From: Chrysemys picta bellii
Taxonomy: Eukaryota
Assembly (NCBI RefSeq): GCF_011386835.1
Contig: NC_088807.1
Coordinates: 24,986,001 to 25,050,000 of the forward strand
Reading direction: 5' to 3'
DNA length: 64,000 nt
Shown one piece after another: positions 59,200 through 64,000 of this stretch. The notes under the pieces are model-generated. The model saw only the letters and a list, made by a program, of their open reading frames with translations, was not told the origin of the DNA and did not search any database. A program made the position numbers and the translations under genes. The stretch's first letter is position 1. Each line of letters begins with the position of its first letter.

Positions 59200-60150
59200 A
59201 AGATGTTATCAAGTCCAGCCCCTGGTGCTGTGGCAGGGCCTAGTAAACCTAGACCATCCCTGACAGGTGTTTGTCTGGCCTCTTCTTAGAAACCTACAAT
59301 GACTAGAGATCCCACTATTGGAAGCCGGCTCCGGAGTTTAACTATCTTCAGAGTTAGAAAGTTTTTCCTAACCTCTAACCTAAACCTCCCTTGTTGCAGA
59401 TTATGTGGACATGGAGAAAAATGGAGTCCCGTCCTCATTATAACAGCCCATAACAAATGTAAAGACTGTTCTTCTTTTCTCAGGACTAAACATGCCCTGT
59501 TTTTTTAACCCTCTCTCCTAGGTCAGTTTTCTAAACCTTTCCTCATTCCTGTTGCTCTCCTCTGGACTCTCTCCAGTTTGACCACATCTTTCTTGAAGTG
59601 TAGTACCCAGAACCGGACACAATACTCCATCTGAGACCTCACCAGTGCTAAGTAGGGTGGGACAGTTACATCCTGTGTCTGATATACAACACTCCTATTA
59701 ACACGCCCCAGAATATTAGCCTTTTTTCACAGCTGTTTCACTTTGTTGACTCACTTTGGTGAGTCAACATTTTCCCCATTTTCTAGCTGCGCTTTTGACT
59801 TTCCCTGCCCTAAGTGAAGTACTTTGCACTTGTCATATTTTCAGTGCCACCTTGTTGAATTCAGACTGATTCTCTGATTTGTTGAGGTGGCTTCGAATTT
59901 GCATCCTGGCCTACAAAGTGCTTGCAACCCCTCCCAGCTTGGGGTCAGCTGTACATTTCATAAGTGCACCCTCCACTCCATTATCTAAGTCATTAATGAA
60001 AATATTGACTAGTCCCGGACCCTGGACTGACCCCTGCAGGACTCCGGTAGATACGCCTTCCCAGTTTGACTGAGAACCATGAAAACTACTCTTTGAAGAC
60101 AGTCTTTTGGCCAGTTGTACACCTACCTTATAGTAATTTCATCTAGACTA
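59200..60150 (-). mobile_element. Degraded CR1 ORF2 fragments
   Basis: Antisense CR1 motifs (gcttgcaacccctcccagctt, ttaacccctctctccta); boundaries approximate. Confidence 0.7.
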
Positions 60151-61329
60151 CACTGGGGGGGGGATAACTTCCTGACCACTTCAGATGACCAACTGAAGCC
60201 TGAAGCATGAGATTGCATTCTAGTCATTGTTATAATACTGAGCTCCAAGTGTTACAGGCATGCCAAGGGAAATGCAGGTAATTCTGTTCTCTGCAAGACC
60301 CATGAAGGGGTGAAAAGGGGATTCATAGAGTCCAAGGCGAGACAGGAGGGAGGTTCTGAAATAATCTTCCACTTGGAAAACAGCCTAACTGGTGTTAATG
60401 GGGCCCGCAATTCAAGAAGGAGGTTGGCCAGTTGGAAAGGGTTCCGAGAAGAGCCCTGGAAATGATTGAAGGATTGGAAAACCTGCCTGACAGTGAGAGA
60501 TGTAAGGAGCTCGAGCTCTTTAGCTGAACAAAGAGAAGGTTAAAGGGTGACTCGATCCCAGTCTAGAAGTACCGACATGGGGAACAATCATTTGAATAAT
60601 GGGCTCTTTGATCTAGCAGAGAACGGTCTAACCCAATCCAGGGGCTGGGAGTTGAAGCTAGACACGGCGGCTGTGATAACCTGGACTTGAGTCCACGAGT
60701 CAGGAGGGGACCTGTAGGAAAACCCTAGATACCACAAGATTCGGGGTAAAGTTCATGAGAGTCACACCATGGCGAGCACATTGCTGCATATTTCCAAGCA
60801 TGCTCAGCTGCTACACAGGATGTCCGGAAAACCTACCCAACAGGGGCTCAGTCTGCTTAGTTCATCGAAGAGCCGGCGAAGACGGGACTTGGTACCAGTT
60901 TGGAAACATGCTCGCAGCCCTTCGCCCGCATCTGGATCCTGCCTGCAGCCCTGGGCCCTCTCAGCACCACACGGAAAATGCAGAATGACCAGGGGCTTGG
61001 GGACAGGTCAGGCTCTGGGAAAACTCTCCTGTAAAGAGAGGCAAGAAAGATCAGGGTTGCGTAAAGCATAAGAGGGAGAATGACACAACGAAAATGGGAC
61101 CGAGAAAAGAGCTTGGGGGATTCTGTCGTCCCTGTCGCATGGCACAGGAACAAGGAGACAGCCCATGAACTTACAGTGAGAAATTCAAAAGACACTCTCG
61201 CACTCAGGGACTGTGGAACTCACTGCCATAGGATGGTGTTGAGGCTAAAACCTAGCAAGATTCAAAGAGGAAGTGGACATTTCCAAAGGGAAGAGGAACA
61301 TGCAAAGTTAGATTCTCTCAAACTAACTA

Positions 61330-61550
61330 AAAAGCAACAGAGGGTCCTGTGGCACCTTTAAGACTAACAGAAGTATTGGGAGCATAAGCTTTCGTGGGTA
61401 AGAACCTCACTTCTTCAGATGGCATCTGAAGAAGTGAGGTTCTTACCCATGAAAGCTTATGCTCCCAATACTTCTGTTAGTCTTAAAGGTGCCACAGGAC
61501 CCTCTGTTGCTTTTTACAGATTCAGACTAACACGGCTACCCCTCTGATAC
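61330..61550. mobile_element. Penelope-like palindromic insertion carrying two divergent hammerhead motifs
   Basis: ~92-bp arms around a 1-nt spacer at 61422, one mismatch; TSD tcaaactaacta(a) 61318-61329 and 61551-61562. Confidence 0.92.
61422..61462 (+). ncRNA. Minimal hammerhead ribozyme motif (Penelope type)
   Basis: GCAU CUGAAGA A GUGAGGUUCUUACCCAU GAA AGCU U AUGC; mirror copy on the minus strand at 61382-61421. Confidence 0.7.
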
Positions 61551-62214
61551 TCAAACTAACTAAACGTTGTGGAAGGGATATTAAACCTCATGCTTCAGGG
61601 AGGTGAGAAACCTCTAGCTACAAGTGGTCAGGAGGGAATTTCACATGGGCTGTGTGTGCAGATCCCCACCTTCTTCTTCAGGTTCTTATTATACCTGCTG
61701 ACACAGCTTGTGAGACTGGCCCGAGCCGGGGATGGATTCTGTATGAGAGGGGGATTATTCTGACCCAGTCTGGGCATTTCTACACCAGATCCACCACTTT
61801 CAACTCACACACAAGCACCATCATTCCTGATCAATCTTTGATGGCCAGCAAAGGGCTCTGATTTTGTCTCCTCCAACCCAACCTTTCCCTCAAAAAATTT
61901 CCACCCGCACAAGTCAGAAATTTCCCATCAGATGGATTTCCCCTTCCCCTCCGTAGGTGGAAAACTATTTATTTTTTTCAACAAAATGGGAAACGTCCCA
62001 CCTTTACGGAAAATCCCCAGATTGCCCTCGAAAAAGCCCAACGCTGTTCTCAGTTTGGGGCCGGCAAACCCCTAAAATTTTAGGCTAAAATCGTGAAAAA
62101 AATATCTTTGGATTTTCAGGAATTTGTCTTTCTTTCCAGGGGCTATTAAGGGCAGAGTTGCCCACATGTATGAATGAGCATGGAGCTCTAATGAAGCAAG
62201 CCCCTTTATTAAAT

Positions 62215-62430
62215 TGCAGCAAGGGAGGTTTAGGTTAGACAGACACTTTCTAACAGGCTAGCGAAGCCCTGGGGAAAATGACCCAGGGCAGTTGGTGGAA
62301 TCTCTGTCTTGGGATGTTTTGAAGAACAGGTTAGTCAAACCCCTGTCAGGGCCGGTCTAGATAATATTTAGTCCTGCCTCAAGAGATTGGATAGATCGAG
62401 GGCCCTTCCAGTCCTACATTTCTGTGATTC
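62215..62430 (+). mobile_element. CR1 3' end fragment
   Basis: gggaggtttaggttagac...gagggcccttccagtcctacatttctgtgattct. Confidence 0.75.
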
Positions 62431-64000
62431 TTGTTGTAAGGTGAAAACAGGACATAGAAAACACCTTAAAACAACAACAAAGGTTTGATGAAAAGGCTCC
62501 GTTTTTCACGGATCTTTTTCAGGGGTCTGGGTACAAAACACGTCCTCCCTCTGAGCTCTCGGTTTGAGCTGGTCACTACGCGGAGACGCGGTCTCCCCAG
62601 GAAATCGATGCTCATGCTAAAGGTGACAAGACGGAGATGTGTCCGGGCGCCCTGAGAGCCCCATCCCGGTGTGTGTGGGGAAGCAAGGGTTTGCTGAGCA
62701 GGGACCCACCAGCGCATGGGGTCCTTTCCCCGGCACCATCAAAGCATCTGGCTAGACAGGGCGACGCATGAGGGTGGAGATGGAGGGGCCAGGGCTGGGT
62801 GAGGGACTGCTGGAGGCAAATCTGGGTGGGGAGCGTCTTTCTGTTCAGAGCCCAGATACCAGGGCAGGGGAGGACAGATGGACGCACAGGACATGGGGTT
62901 TTTTTCCCTGCTGTCCTGCTCCCCCATCTGTCCTGGTCTCTGAGCCCCCAGATCCCGTGCCCGCCCCCCCCCCCATCCAGCCTGCATTGCAATCCCAAAC
63001 TCTCCCCTACCATCCCCCCATCCCTGATACGCAGCCTCACCTCGGACAAGGATGCCTGGCGCCTGCCTTCTCCCAACATCTGCAGAGGGATGGCCACCCA
63101 TCCATAAAGATGAACTCCAGAAACCAGGCCCTGGGGGCAGCAGAGCCGGCCTTAATTAGCCCCCGGGAGACAGTGACTGAGAAAACAGTCATTAACGCTC
63201 AACCGAGCCGCCCCCAAAGCCGGCAGGCTCAGGGGAACTCCTGTCTTCTTGGGAGGTCTCCCCACGGACTGCCAGAGGGCAGCCAGTCTCCGAGTCCTCT
63301 GAATCGCTCCCCTGTGCTATCCAGTCCCCGGAAACTGGCAACTCACCGAAATTCCACTTCCTCTCCCCCCAAAAGGTGCAGCGTGCCTCAGTTTATCCAT
63401 TTTCCCTTATCTCCCCTCCCCAGCTCCTGGACACCACCCGTGAGCGCTTCTAATAAAACCAAAGATGGCTCATTAACAAAGATTTCCATGAGCCAGGAGA
63501 GAGAACGGTTGCAAGACAAAACAAGAATCACACCACACAAGGCTAGCCTTCTATATCGTGACTTCCCTAGCTAATAAAGTCGGTTTCCCCCTTCTCCCGA
63601 AGAGCAAATAGTTGGATTCTGGTTTTTGTGACTCTGGCCAGCTCAGCATCCATCAGCTGGGTCCACAAGACCCAGGATCCAAACGTTCATGAAAGCTCCC
63701 TCGCCAAGAGCCTTTCCCGACACTCTATGACACCGACCGCAAACTTTTGTTGTTATTCGTAGCCAGGACTAGCTCCTGCCCGCGGTGATGTCCCTTTTCC
63801 CAGCCGTTTTGACTCTGTGGATGCACAATCGACCCGTGGAACTCGCTGCCGGGGGATGTTGTGGAAGCCAAGAGAAGAACCGGGCTCGAAACAGAACGAG
63901 AGACATTCATGGAGGATAGGTCCAGTAATGGCTATTAGGCAAGATGGTCAGGGATGCGACTGTCAATATTAATCCATGACGCCGTAGGTATAACCTGTAA

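Larger units (their letters stand above)
34236..61429. repeat. Tandem segmental duplication, unit 2 (more complete copy)
   Basis: Starts inside the hAT element (equivalent of 13354); private solo LTR and CR1 insertions. Confidence 0.95.

Noticed and set aside
13354-61429. Tandem duplication as an assembly artefact
   Set aside because: The units differ by many substitutions, four reciprocal TE insertions with TSDs, and a junction inside a hAT element; long-read confirmation is still advisable.
62466-63574. ORFs 62466-62717 (-) and 62768-63574 (+, 268 aa)
   Set aside because: No recognisable domain; low-complexity Pro/Ser content consistent with chance in GC-rich DNA.

Overview
Vertebrate genomic DNA, most likely a turtle (inferred from the tRNA-derived SINE with a CR1 tail, Penelope-like fragments, CR1 3' ends and hAT MITEs). 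It is a GC-rich olfactory receptor (OR) / C2H2-ZNF pseudogene cluster. It holds four intact class II OR ORFs (6261-7193 +, 26446-27378 -, 46183-47115 -, 56771-57709 -), two OR fragments, degraded ZNF arrays and an intronless STXBP2 (Munc18-2) retrocopy. Most of the window is a tandem segmental duplication (13354-34226 vs 34236-61429), plus an older inverted paralogous OR unit at about 2-10 kb. Best leads: (1) the left duplicate differs from the right by a chain of microhomology-flanked jumps ending in a 14-nt templated junction, and two jumps fall at or next to the centres of near-perfect Penelope palindromes that carry minimal hammerhead ribozymes; (2) the STXBP2 retrocopy starts at the inferred exon 2 boundary behind env-like sequence, as in retroviral gene capture; (3) a very young non-autonomous Gmr1-like Gypsy element with identical LTRs and an intact 899-codon Gag(SCAN-like)-protease ORF; (4) a young 5'-truncated CR1 whose intact RT frame is fused to an ATG just downstream of an LTR TATA box; (5) a CpG-rich CCAAT/TATA-type promoter predicted for three ORs. 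Identity levels are visual estimates, and repeat family names come from motif recognition, not database searches.
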